Source: Callorhinchus milii
Taxonomy: Eukaryota
Assembly: GCF_018977255.1 (NCBI RefSeq)
Contig: NW_024704742.1
Location: 47,742,001-47,806,000 of the forward strand
Reading direction: 5' to 3'
Length of the DNA stretch: 64,000 nt
Shown here piece by piece: positions 25,768 through 38,669 of the stretch (position 1 is its first letter; each line of letters starts with the position of its first letter). Below the pieces are notes generated by a model. The model was not told where the DNA came from and ran no database searches. It worked only from the letters and a program-made list of their open reading frames with translations. The position numbers and the translations under genes were made by a program.

Positions 25768-26015
25768 CAGGGCGAAACCTTGGGCAAGTTTCCTTACTCC
25801 ACACGCCTAATAATAATCCCTCCAAAAAAAACAATAATAAATTGGTCATTTTCAATCTACGACTGTTTGTGGGACATTGCTGTGCGCAATTGGCTGCCGC
25901 GTTCGCCCACAAATATACAGTCAATTCACTTTACAGTGTGTTCTGTGAAGCGCTTTGGGACGTCCTCCCGACGTGAAAAGCGCTATATCAAATGCAAGGA
26001 TTATTATTATTATTA
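25768..26015 (+). mobile_element. Young SINE, 5'-truncated (no tRNA head)
   Basis: Starts at AGGGCGAAACCTTGGGCAAG, ends in (TTA)n. Confidence 0.92.
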
Positions 26016-26531
26016 TATTACTTGGTTTGACTAATGAAAATAAAGTACATTTATTTCCAACATCAAAGAAGATTGTTACTAGATTGTAACTAGGTAGTCG
26101 CACTTATCTATCTAGATCAGCCCTTTTCATCGATTCTTAACGTCTTTCAAAATAGCTGTAATTAATATAGTCTTTAACATTGTGAAACTCCTTAAAATAA
26201 ATCAAGCTATTACAAAGTTAGGAAATGATTGCGGTGTGAGGAAATGCGGCTAATTTGCACCACCACATTCAGCATAAACGTGAATAACAATTATTTTTTT
26301 TAAGTGAATTTGGTTGAAGGATAGACATCGACCAGAAGAACCCCCTATTCTTGTGAAAAACAGTGCAATGGGATCTTTAACCTCAACACAAATCATGTGC
26401 AAACAAGGCCTCAATGTAATTTTTACCTGAAGAATCTTAAGAGGAGTTGCATAGCCAGGTATTCTCAAGTAAAGCACAACTCTATCTCTGCTCTAACACA
26501 CACCACACAGTGGGAAACAAATGCTCCTTAC

Positions 26532-26806
26532 CACAGATTTTGCTGGTGAGATTTTCTCCTCTTTCTTTGGAGAAATAATTTTCTCTTCTACTGGCGTCGA
26601 TGCCTTCTTCATCCCAGACGATTCTTCCCTACGTTTCATAAACGCAAGTTTAGAGCTGGTTTTCAGAGGAGACGATTTACTGGAGAGCTTTTCTTCTCTG
26701 TGAATGGAGCTCCCAGGTGGAGGTTGGGAAGCAGTCCTGGATTTCTCCAACGTAATGCGGTCGCTGCGGCGCCTTCCATGGTCATCAGACTGGCCCAGCG
26801 ACTTGC
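26532..26806 (-). CDS. RFC1: RFC1 exon 9
   Basis: attcag| ... |gtaagg; low-complexity K/S-rich segment KSLGQSDD...SSKLAFMKRREE...SPAKSV; phases fit. Confidence 0.88.
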
Positions 26807-27373
26807 CTGAATAATTAAAGATATTTGTTTTACAAAACTTCTTGAACATTTTTGATTCCAAATATTCCTTTTTTTAAAATAATAAAATAACTCCCATTTC
26901 CGACAACAATTTACATAGCTGCTTTGACATTGTCTTAACATTTCAAAGCCCTTCAAGCACCTGATTTATCATCTGCTGTGCCCTGAGTACTGAAGGCACA
27001 CCTGGACTATCGAGACCAACAGAGGATTGACTTGGTTCCAAGTTTCCTTTGCCAAGCAGCTCACCTTGGAGTTAGTTCAGCAACAAGGAGACCCCGCTTA
27101 ACTTTCCTCTCCCCACAGTGAGTTCCAGAGGTTAAGAGCATAGTGGCTGAAGGTCGGCCATCGATGGTGGCATAGATGGGTTAGGGGAAGTGCAGAGCCC
27201 TGTTAGCTGACCAAAGGGTTGGGCAGAGGAGTGCGGTACAAGCAGGTCAGGGAGGTGGGAGCTGTTAATTTATTAATAGTTAATCCAATGGAAACAGATT
27301 TACACCCATTTTGTAAAATAAATTAAAAGATTTTGAAGCTTTGCCAACTTTTTTTTTAAAAAAAAACATTTAC

Positions 27374-27470
27374 CTGAGTTTTCTTCTGTCTGTTCATCAG
27401 CAGTTTTTCTGGGTTTGGCTTTAACCACCAAGGATAACGATAATTCCTGGCCTTCGGAACCCGTCCGCGC
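27374..27470 (-). CDS. RFC1: RFC1 exon 8
   Basis: cctcag| ... |gtaaat; ARTGSEGQELSLSLVVKAKPRKTADEQTEENS(G); supplies the needed phase 0 to 1 shift. Confidence 0.82.
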
Positions 27471-27581
27471 CTGAGGTTTAAAAAGTCAGATAAACCGATT
27501 GTCAGATCGCCAAATCAATTGTCAAAGAAATACTCTGGGATAAGAGCAAAAAATAACCTCATCCTTAAATAAACCCAGCAA

Positions 27582-28122
27582 AATAACTTGGATTTATATA
27601 GTGCCCTCCACGCAGGGTAGTGTCTCAGAGCTCTTAACAGTGGGGAAGCCGGACTCCGAGCCAGGGGGAGGGAGCCATAAGCACAGTCGAAGAGGAAAGT
27701 TTTCAGGCGGGACTTGAAAGAGGGGAGAGAGGGGGCAAGACGGAGGGATTGAGGGAGTTTTTCCAGAGTTTTGGGGCGTAGTGGCTGAAAGCGCGGCCTC
27801 CAATGGTGGGGCTGAGGGTGTGAAGGATGAGCAGAAGGCTGGTGCCAGTCGAGCGGAGGCACCGGGTGGTGGATTCGGGAGTGAGGAGGTCGGAGAGGTA
27901 GGGAGATGCCAGGGAGTGGATTTGAACATAAAAGTGTGGATCTTGATTTGGTCCGTTCGGTGATGGGGTCAGTGGAGCCTGGCCAGAACTGGTGAGATGT
28001 GGGTACGGAGTTTTGTCCGAGTCAGTATGCAGGCGGCAGAGTTTTGAATGAGCTGGATCTTGTGAATGGTGGAGCTGGGGAGACTGGCGAGGAGTGCGTT
28101 GGAGTAATCCAGGCAGGAGGTG
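27582..28122 (-). mobile_element. L2 3' fragment
   Basis: TIGGRAFSHYAPKLW, FKSRLKTFLF remnants. Confidence 0.88.
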
Positions 28123-28929
28123 ACAAACACATGCAGCAATTAAATGTTTTCTTGGACTATCACTCTTTTGGGACATTTAATATGGGCGAGTGTATGAATG
28201 CCCAGCTCTTTGTAGATTATTTTTGCTTAGTATACAAGCTAGGTTGTAATCCTCATCTGAGCAGATTAGTGGCTCAGAGTTTAGTATGGTTCTATTAGAG
28301 TGAACTCAGATTCAATGGGTGTGCCTGGATTGGTAACATAGTCTGCACCAATGAACAGTCAAACACAGATCCAATATTAGGTCATAGAGAACACTACAAA
28401 AATCGGCCATTCTACCATGAGAAGCAGACTGCTTGGCTCAATCTTTTTCCTTCATTATTGCAAAGTGGAAGAAGCATGTTGATTGCTTACCATCCCGAGA
28501 CATTAACAGTCTAGACCGAAATGCATTTGGTACCATCCTCCCTAGAATCTCTGAAACTGAATCAATACTGGTGCTTCAGGCTGCAAATGATGCATCAAAA
28601 ATCATCAGTTGGTAATTACCTAGTCAGGGTCCTTGTGACTCTCTCTCTACTCTTGTTTGCACATGATTATCACATCTCACAAATTACATGGAATTTACAG
28701 CAGCAAAACAAGGTATTCGACCCAACTAGTCTCAGTGCCCTCTGTGTAACCTACATGTATGCCCCTTTGTAATGGAAATGAGACCCAATCTTGTAACTTC
28801 ATACATCTGAAATGTAAAGTACCTGTGATCAGCAATAGATTATTGATTTTATCAATTTTTTTAAAATTAGTGGCAGCCTTGGTTCACTTTTGAAGGTAGA
28901 TCTTAGTGCAGTAACATTTCAGACTTTAC

Positions 28930-29007
28930 CTTTTTACTTTTAGGCAGCTCATCCAACATCGCCAAGGTTCTGGCAAACTCTTCATCTTCATGCAATTGTC
29001 TCTCAAG
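28930..29007 (-). CDS. RFC1: RFC1 exon 7
   Basis: tgtcag| ... |gtaaag; LERQLHEDEEFARTLAMLDELPKSKK. Confidence 0.95.
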
Positions 29008-31253
29008 CTGACAGAAATCAGAGAACAGATTATTGTTTATTAATTCTCTCTCCTGAAGACCCAACTATTGCTGAGGTGCAATCCCTTGAACGTTGGCACC
29101 CAACACGTTGAGTCAATAGTACTCTGTCCAACACAGTTTCAGGTCCCAAGCCTTAGCTCTTGTCAGTTTGGTGCCTAATAGTCTCTGGAATTAAGTGAGC
29201 AGGGAGCATCCTACGGGGAGAGAGCATGCATTCTATTCCAGAGAAAGGGGAATTTCCACGTGTACGCTGCATATACATATATAACAGTCTGGTTTGGATA
29301 CTCTTAATCATGGTGATGAGTTTCCATACGTGTCAGACACCCACTTGACCAAAAGGAAAATGGTCACTGGCAATTCTTTGCCACCTCCTCCAAAGAGCAA
29401 ATCATATGTACGCTTAATGAGTGAGTAACTGAACTACGACTGTGAAGGATATTGCTGTGTTTAGTGTTTTGAGAGAAGAACCTGGCAGGTCTAGTGCCAG
29501 GTCTGTGCTGAGTTAACTATTCTCAGTCACAATTGGGTTAGGAGGAAGGTAAACAAAATCAGGCACTGCCATTCCTGATAGCAATCTAGGAACTCCCTGC
29601 TAGGAGGCGAGGCTTGGGTAGGCAGCTTCGGGAGAGACTGATATGCTTCAGTCAAATAGTCTGCTGACAACTCACTAACTAGGGCGACACATACAGAATC
29701 ATTACTTGAGCCAAGAGCGTTTATAAAACCATACCCAAGCAAGAACCCTTCTGAGGAGGTGAAGGCAGGAAAGAGGAAAACTGATAAAAAAGAAGAAAAA
29801 GAACTGCACTGGTCTATGACAAGATGTTTGCAACCTTCATAAAACAGCCATAATCATAAAACCAATAACAACTTGCATTTTTATAGAACCCATTGTACAG
29901 CGCACAGATGCTATTCGGTATGAAGATATAAATGCAAGTTGTTGTTCAAATAGGATAACATCTTTACAGTGCTTTACAGTGACAGTGGGTCAGTCACATA
30001 CATATAAAGGAATGTAACATCCTTGTAAAATCATCAAAATAGCAGGAATTACAAGCTGTTTAGAGGAGAGGAGAACCAGTTGAAGAATAACACACCGACT
30101 TTGACACAATGCGTTGCTGCAGAAACACACAAAGTGAACTTTGTCCAGTTCACTGCACACTGAAGTCAATAAATTTCAACAAAAGATTTTACCCTCACAG
30201 AATCTATTCAGAAAAAGAAACCCACTGAATCTATAGAATCAATAAACTGAACAGGATTTGTAGTAATAAACTCTGGTGTCCAACAAGCTACTGATTTTGT
30301 TTTAATCTGTGCTGAGCACTCGCAGTCTGTCTACTGAAAGTGAGTTTGATAGAAAATGGTTTTCAATGTGATTATCAAAAGAATGTCATATAGGTGTCTC
30401 CATGAGATTGAAGGGGTCACCTACATTTGGTTCCCATTGGATTTTCAGGCTACGGCAGCCATCACTTTGCTCTGGCCTCAGCAGCAGTGACACACCATTG
30501 CAAGTGTGGGCTAATGAACATTCGTAAACAGCCAGGGGGAAGATTCACTAGGAATCTTGGTACCCCGCAGACCTATAGGTTGCAAACTGATGTCACTGGG
30601 TATCAAAGGCAAGACATGACATCAATTAGCTAAAGGGAAGAAACAAAGGGAGCAAGGTAACATGGCAGTTGGCAATAAGTAGAGTGCCTCAGCGGTCTTT
30701 ACTATTCCTTGTATATCTTTAATATTCTTTGTATATATCAATGAGCTGGAGTTGCAGACCCAGTGTAAGGCAGTTTGCAGGTGACACTCTTGTAAGTGGT
30801 GGGGCTGGGAGCAAAACTGTAGAGTTAGAAGAGGCTACGTGTATTTAAGTGTATTAAGCACACTGCCTGAGGTGTTCACCTCCACCAACTCGACTGCTGG
30901 AGGCAAATACATATTAAACACACAGAGAGGTCATCAATCTCCTTCAGCTGTACTATTCTACTTCATGTCCCTACCATATGCACCCCACTCTTGGAGTATG
31001 GGATTTCAGCCGATCTGCCCCAACTCTGGAACTCTATTACCGCTTTCGGTCACCTTCCCTTCCCCACCCCCTCGGCTCCCATCCCCAGTTCAGGTGCCCA
31101 GCCAGCAGCATCAAGCACTTTGGGATGTCCTCCCAATGTGAAAGGTGCTATACAAATGTAAATTTATATTGTGCTGCATTAGCATTAAACTGAACTTGCT
31201 CAAATCCTGACATGTCCCTTTAAAAGTATATTACAACATTCCACTACTGTTAC

Positions 31254-31322
31254 CTCCACATCATCTTCAAGCTGGTGAGCAAACTCCTCATCTTCCATTG
31301 TTGAATCCAGGCTGCCCGAAGG
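31254..31322 (-). CDS. RFC1: RFC1 exon 6
   Basis: tcttag| ... |gtaaca; PSGSLDSTMEDEEFAHQLEDDVE. Confidence 0.85.
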
Positions 31323-32393
31323 CTAAGATAAAAGAGAATAATAAACATTACATAACCGGTTATAAAAAGATATTGATGCAGTGCAGTGGTAAATACTCCA
31401 GCATCCTCTCTCCAGGCTCATGCATGTAGATACTTCATGTGAGTGAGGAACACGCATGGTTTTTAACCATCTTCTGTGTCGTCTCGTCAAATACTTCTGT
31501 ATGCTTCTACACAAAGGTCAGTTAGCATTACACTCCCAAATATCTCCAAAAACAGTGTTTTAGAATTATAAGTGAGATGAAAGAAAATTTCTCCATGCAG
31601 CTAGTTAAATTGTGGAATTTGCTGCCTCAAAAGTGCTGTGAATGCAGAATTGATTAAGGATATAAAAACACAAATTAAATAGTTAGCTGGGAAGCAACAG
31701 TATTAAGGGGTATAGAGAAAAGGCAGGAAAAGGTGATTACAAGATCTGCGCTGTTATTATGAAATGGCAGAAAATGCACAAATGGTTTAATCTTCTTCCT
31801 ATGCAGGATCACTTAGGCAAAGAGACACAAGCTCATCTCCTCCATCTTGCTGATCCCAAAGCAAAAAACCTCTCTTTCTCATACCACTCATCTAATTTCC
31901 TATGCTTATAGGATTGTTGTTCAGGACACCAGACAAAATTCCAATGAGATCTTTAACAAGAACTTGCATTTATATATTGCCCTTCATGCAGGATAGTCTG
32001 GGAATGCTATACAATGGCGGGGTTGGACCGCGAGCAAGGACAAAGGGGGAAGGAAGACGTAACCATAGAAGTTGTCAGAGGCAAGTCTTGAGGTGGAATT
32101 TAAATAAAGGAAACAAGGTGGAGGGACACAGGCAAAGGGTTCCAGAGGTTAGAGGGGTAGTGGCTGAAGATACCATCACCGATGGTAACGTGGAAATAGC
32201 CAGACAGGACCTCAGTTTACTGGCTCACCCAATCGACAGCAACTCCAGTCATGCAGCACCTACTTGCTACTTCACTGGAGTGTCAACCGTGTTCTAAGTC
32301 CTGACCCAAGGCTTCAACCTATACCTTCTGACCCAGAAGCAAGAGTGCTACCAGCTGATACACACAATGTAAGTGAAGTAAAACCATTCTCAC

Positions 32394-32647
32394 CGCTTTC
32401 CGTTTGCTGGCCACCAGTTTCTTGTTTGATCTCTGGACACTGCTCGTGCCAAAGTAATCCATTACTGAGGTGGTGACCTTCATTGGGCTGGCGAGTTTGG
32501 CATGTGCAGGTTTGGTCTTCGATTTACTGACTGTGGACTTGCCAAACCCAGATGTTCCGGGACGGATGCTTGATCTCGGAGAGGACAACCCATTCTCACG
32601 GGACTTCTGAGTTCTTTTGCTGCCTTGCTGATAATCATCCTCTTCAT
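32394..32647 (-). CDS. RFC1: RFC1 exon 5
   Basis: taaaag| ... |gtgaga; (D)EEDDYQQ...TSVMDYFGTSSVQRSNKKLVASKRKA. Confidence 0.92.
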
Positions 32648-33199
32648 CTTTTATTGGAGAGAAGGCAGGAAAACTCATTAGTGCACCAAAGTCACTTTAA
32701 AAAGGACGCATGCAACTAAAAATACATACACACTACCACCATCAGTAAGTGTGGAGGCAAGCGGTTTACACACTGCCTAAAATAGTCTCAGTCTTTGATT
32801 GAAACCATTGACCACCTTTCTCCCACCTCCTCAATCTCACCCAACTGCTCTGCATTTTGAGAAGTGTGAGGCACAAATAGTTGTTATAAATGAGATAAGA
32901 TGCCACCATTGATTCATCGTTTACAGAATATCTGCTCATTTACATTTATGGAATTTCAGCCATTTTGTTTTGTGTTAAGTCTCTTGACTGGTCTTACAGA
33001 AAATGGTGAGCACCTTCTGAACCATTTGCATGTATCAAGTAGCTGGGAAAGCTACCTTGCTACTGAGGCTCTGTTCAACCCATGGGAGCTTGAGGCAGAT
33101 TTATACCACAGGACTAGTTCAGGTAGCTCTGCTTCTAGAATATTATGAAGCACTCAGTATGTGCAATGCGCCTCAGTTACACTGTCTCTCTTGATCAGA

Positions 33200-33540
33200 A
33201 GATCACAAGATCAGTCTGGATGAAGATGTCGTTCAGCCCTTCCGATTTCATCCCTATTTAACACCCATCCACCAGGAATGCATCAAGCTGCTCTTTAAAT
33301 TGAGTCAGGTGTACTGGCCTCTGCCATCTTTCCTGACAACCTTTCTCCAGTTATTGATAACCCTCTGTATAAAGAAAAAATCCCAATATCTATCTTGAAA
33401 TTACCCTTTACAGCTCTAAACCTATGTCCTTGTGCTCTACTGTCTTGATGTAAAGTATGGATCTAGGTTTACTTTTTCAATTTTATATTGTACAACTCTG
33501 AGCTCCCTTCAGTCGTCTTTTCGCAAGAATGAAAAGACAA
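33200..33540 (-). mobile_element. CR1 3' relic
   Basis: Reverse-strand RTRG...FF.QRVI motifs and 3' UTR. Confidence 0.65.
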
Positions 33541-36500
33541 GCACGCTCACTCCAGCACAGAAAGAGAGAGACACACACTCACATAGAGACACTCACAAAC
33601 ACACACACCCCATACACACAACAGTGGGGCCTTCGACTGAAGCCCATTTGTCGCTTGCCCCACACCGTGCATGCGCTTCCAGAACCGCCCCATCCACAGT
33701 GACGTCAGGTAAACAGCCAGGAGGCCCGCGGGTCACAAACTACATTTATAGCAGGGTTGTAGCAGACGTGGGTGTTTTAGCGGATTCCGCAGAGAAAGTG
33801 TGACCGCACTTTTCTATTGGCCCAGCTCATAGCTCATTCCTCAAACACCGGGGATCATCCTTTTTCCTTGCTCATAAAATTCTGCCTTAAATCCATCAGC
33901 TCTCAATTAGCCTGAAACTTCCTGAGATAACTTTAACCTCTCTCATAACCTTAGAGCTGCCAACTTGAATACAAAGCTGACAGTTGTACTGCTGTTCTTT
34001 GTCAGAAAGCCTTTGCTGGTTCTCAAAACCTACCTTCCATAACTTCTGTCAACAACAACTTGCACTTATATAGCGCCCTCCGTGCAAGGTAGCGTCTCAG
34101 AGCGCTTAGCCTCGTGTTTCAATTGTCACATCTGGTAAAGAGAAGGCTGACTATTTTGGCTCACTTTTCTTGAGCTTCAATCAAATTCCTGCTCGATTAG
34201 AAAAAAAACTGGTTTAAGCAAATCCCAATCAATTTCTGGCTTGCATTTCCACTTCACATGCACGTCTGAGCACGAGTGTCTCAATGCCAGTCACCAAAGG
34301 GCCCCCACCAGCATTTGGGAACAGAGAGTCCATTCAACACAAAAACAAGCAGATTATCTCACCACGTGAATCATCTGCCACATCCTAGCGCAGCCTCGTC
34401 CCATCTCTCCACCCGCAACTCTTACAATGCATTGCGGTCTTCTTAATACTAAATCACAGCTTCAAACAATGAGCCAAGTTGCACACAACTCTGTATTAGG
34501 CTTCGCTAGTGCTTTCCTTTGCTAAGACGAAGGTTATCCTTTACGATCTGGAATACGCTGCCAGAAGGGTGGTGGAAGCAAATTCAACAATAACTTTCAA
34601 AAGGAAATTGGATATATACTTGAAAAGGAAAAATTTGGAGGCTATGGGGAAAGAGTGGGGGAATGGGACTAATTGGATAGCTCTTTCAAAGAGCTCAAGT
34701 AGCCTCCTTTTGTGCTGTAAGATTCTGTGATTCAACACACTTATGTCCCCCCTTCTCTTTTTCCTAGTTTGCACACACATACACCACACACACAAAAGTC
34801 CATTAAAGACCATTGACTCAAGATACTCCAGAACATCCATATCGAGTATCATTTGAGCATGACATGTGACTTCCAGTTCCTCACAACTCAACCGCAGAAG
34901 GTCCAATAACCCAAATGACATTTTCCAAAGCTTTCTGGATAACATTCTGCAAATTGAAATGTCATCTCAATTACAGCAGAGGCAGAAAGTTTTACAACCG
35001 GACTTCTGATAAAACCATAGTTTACAGCCCACAAATGACAGTGGTACTTTTGAGTTAGTGAGTTACAGCAGAAGCTTTTTGTTATCTAGAAGCAGCAACA
35101 TTTTAATGTCCACAGGCCATACAGCTACCCACATTGGCACTGATGTTATTCAGTTTACTTTAAGGACTGGTAAGCATTAAAGGTAAAAGCTCCAGAGTGC
35201 TTGGATGAACATGCTTCCAACAGAAACCTAGCACCAAGGTCAAGGCTTTGCACTTGTAAATGCACAAGGTATCGGAGCTCCATGAGATTACTTTTACTGC
35301 ACTTATCTCTGAACCGGCCAGAGCTGCCCATCTGTCCTCAGACCAACATACAGGGAAAATACAAATCTTTTGATAATATTAACTTTGACTCAACATAATT
35401 CCCATGTCATGCTAATGAATGTCATGCATCATGAAAACAATAATTTTCTTGGACAGAATCATAGAATGTTACAGCGTGGGAGGGAATTTGGTCCTTTGAG
35501 GATGCACAAACTCTCATAGCAAGTTGCAGTATCAATCCTAAGACCCTGTCCTTTCCAGTTCCTGGGCCAGGTGGGTCCGCAGTATTCCAGGGCACTGCTA
35601 ATGACAGCACAGCCGGCCTGGCTCATTGGCAGGACCTGGAAGGGCAGACCAGTAACTGGGGGCAAGGAGTCATCCCACTCGTCTCCTGTTAACCATGCAT
35701 GCCAAAGCCCTAATGAGTTGGGTGGTCCTAGCTCGACAAACAGCGGGAAAGCTTGCCGATCAGCAATATCAACGGCAAGCTATGCAGTTTTAACTGGTTA
35801 GACTCCAACAGCATCCCAACGCATACTCTGGGGAGCCCAGGCCTTGGCTCTTGCCAACCTGCGCCTAATACTTTCCAGAATTAGGTAAGCAGGAAGTGTC
35901 CCTCCAGGGAGAGAGTGCGCATTCCATTCCAACAACCTATCTCTGGGATTTCCATGTGTAGGTGGGATGCATGGAAAACTCAGCTTGGCTAATCTTAAGC
36001 ATGGTGATGGGCTTCCGCATGTGCCAGACACCTGGCTGACCCCCCAAAAAGTATGTTTATCCAATTCCCTTTTGGTTGCTATGGTCTGCAATGGTTTTAA
36101 CCTCAATACTCGTTTGAGGCAAAGCCTTAGATGTGCTGTTCTCAGCCCAGATGGCATAAGGTGCTACAATTGGCCATGGTGACCCTCTCAGCCATGATGC
36201 ATTTTCAAAAAAAAGTATAGTCTGTTTTTATTCCTGTGATTGTAAATAAAGAGTGTAAAGATCGTAAATAGAGTGTGTAAATCTCTTCTGATCTGCATTA
36301 ATCAGCTGTCTAAAACAACAAGATTACATTTGTATAGCGCCTTTCACGTCGGAAGGATGTCCCAAGGCGCTGGACAGAGTACAGAGTCTAATCCACTACA
36401 CGGACCATATTTCAGCAAAGACCAGCTGGTCCAGCTTGACAAGAAGCCGCTTCAGAAACCGTCCCAACATCTCAATTCTAAGGTGCGCCAAGGTGATATC

Positions 36501-37424
36501 AGTGGCACAGGGAGTGACTGGTGGCACTAAACTGACATAAAGTAGTCAAACGTTCCAGTGGTATTCTCAAGACGTTAGAGAGCCAGGTCTACCTCTGATA
36601 CAATTATCTCCTCCACAATGCACATTTTGTTCTAAACTATACTGCAATAGGAACTATCCTGAGCAAGAATCATTCAAGGCCTGAATGTTTCACACTGGAG
36701 AGCGGGTAGCTATTAAATCAAACAACATTATTACATTAAACTGGTGTAATTTTCCTTCATTGAAAAAGGGGGCATCGGGTGTTTATTGAAGAGTGTTCTT
36801 TATAACCGCACAACTGACTCAGATAAACAAAACATCTCAAAGTCCAATTGACTGAACAAGCTGTCAGCTACAGCTAGTCCCTGGCCTTACTCTGCTTGAT
36901 GTTGACCCGCAAGCCAAGGCCACTGGTGCATTCCTTGGCAGACCCAGGCAAACAGTCAACGAGATATCCCAGTAATATTTTTTTACACATCCAATTGATG
37001 TTCCGACTGCAGAGCACGGATCAATGTGTACATTGCAAAATAAGAAAGACCTCACCAGCCCTCTCATTATAAGCACTCTCCACAACCTCAGATAAAGCAG
37101 ATGCTGGTTATAGCTCCAACATGGAAAAACATTAAACCCCATCTCTCTGAAGCACATCCCGTTTCAGTAAAAGTGTTTCTGCACAGACTCCAAACACAGC
37201 TTTGTACTGGAGGCCCTAATGTACCAATGCCAACACAGTGCAAACATTCACAATACCGACCTTGCCCTGAAAAGGTCAATGTTACATTTCAATTTGATCC
37301 ATTTATGTATTGGTAAACTATTACCTCTAGATAAGCTCAAACATATCATGACCCAGTTTCATCATACATGTTCACTTAGCAAACTATACTGGGGTGGGGG
37401 AGGGGCAGGAATGTAAATGAGGCA

Positions 37425-37760
37425 GCGCACATACTAACATTTGATATAGAGCCTTTCACATCAGAGAATACCTCAAAGCACTTCACAGGATATACCATAA
37501 TGTATAACAACTGTCTTATTTTGTGGGCAATAATGGCAGCTAAATTGCACACATCAATATCCCACAAACAGCTGCAAAAAGGATGACCAATTTTATCAGG
37601 GGATTGTTGGCCAAGACACCGGGAAAAACTCTCTTATCGAATAGTTCCATGGGATATGCAACATCCACCTGAACCAGCAGATAGGACCTTGGTTTAATAT
37701 CTCAACTGAAGGATGGCACCTCCAACGATGTAGCGCCCCCAAGCATTGCTCCTGACCGAA
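37425..37760 (-). mobile_element. Ancient Deu-domain SINE relic
   Basis: Reverse complement of the same core and tail; similar relics at about 15830-16130, 26240-26480, 51330-51625, 57095-57214 and 61455-61700. Confidence 0.6.
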
Positions 37761-37924
37761 TAAACAAGAATCCCTCCCATCTATGAGCACACTTTCCTCA
37801 TGCTTAGATATCCAGAGCTGTGTAGACCTTAAAAAATACAAAGAATACAAAGCATCCCAGTCATAGTGCATCAACACCATCTCCTCCATCATCTCTTGGG
37901 GAAAACGGGCTTACAAAAAAGATT

Positions 37925-38246
37925 TAATAATAATAATAATAATCCTTGCATTTGATATAGCGCTTTTCACATCTGGAGGACGTCCCAAAGCGCTTCACAG
38001 AATACACTGTAAAGTGAATTGACTGTATATTTGTGGGCAAACGCGGCAGCCAATTGCGCACAGCAATGTCCCACAAACAGTCGTAGATTGAAAATGACCA
38101 ATTTATTATTGTTTTTAGTTTTGGAGGGATTATTATTAGGTGTGTGGAGTAAGGAAACTTGCCCAAGGTTTCGCCCTCTGCCTGGAATTGAACTCAGGTC
38201 TCTCGTTTGCAAAGCGAGTGCTCTAACCACTGAGCCACAGGACTCC
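37925..38246 (-). mobile_element. Young tRNA-derived SINE, full length
   Basis: Same family. Confidence 0.93.
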
Positions 38247-38669
38247 ACAGTCCTGTGGCTAAATGTTAAAACTAAATGTTAAAGCTAAATGTTAAAAAAG
38301 TTTTTCTATTACAGATTGTCAAACAGCTTTTGCTTTAAAAATGGCTGTTTTCTGAGATAGTTTATACATTTAGACCCCATCAATCAGTTTGCTACAAAGG
38401 AGCAGCGACTGGGTCCAGTTGTCACCGGAAGGCAAATTTCCATCAAATTGTAAGAACTATCAGAAATGGTCAGATCAGAAAACATCCGGTACAAACCACA
38501 GTTTGTGCTCAGCTTATGCATCTTATCCAGGGAAGCAGCAGGGAAATGAAATAGGCCTTTGGGCTCCTGGGATAGGGAGGAAAAAATCATCTAGGTTTCC
38601 TCTAATCGTTCCGAGACGCAACCCTGTGTGAAGGGCACTATATAAGTGCAAGTTGTTGTTGTGGCTGCT

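Noticed and set aside
25780..26034. Recurrent ORFs ending [12 protein letters not shown] or starting MGKFPYST / ESCSSVVRALALQ
   Set aside because: Translations of SINE copies, not a gene family
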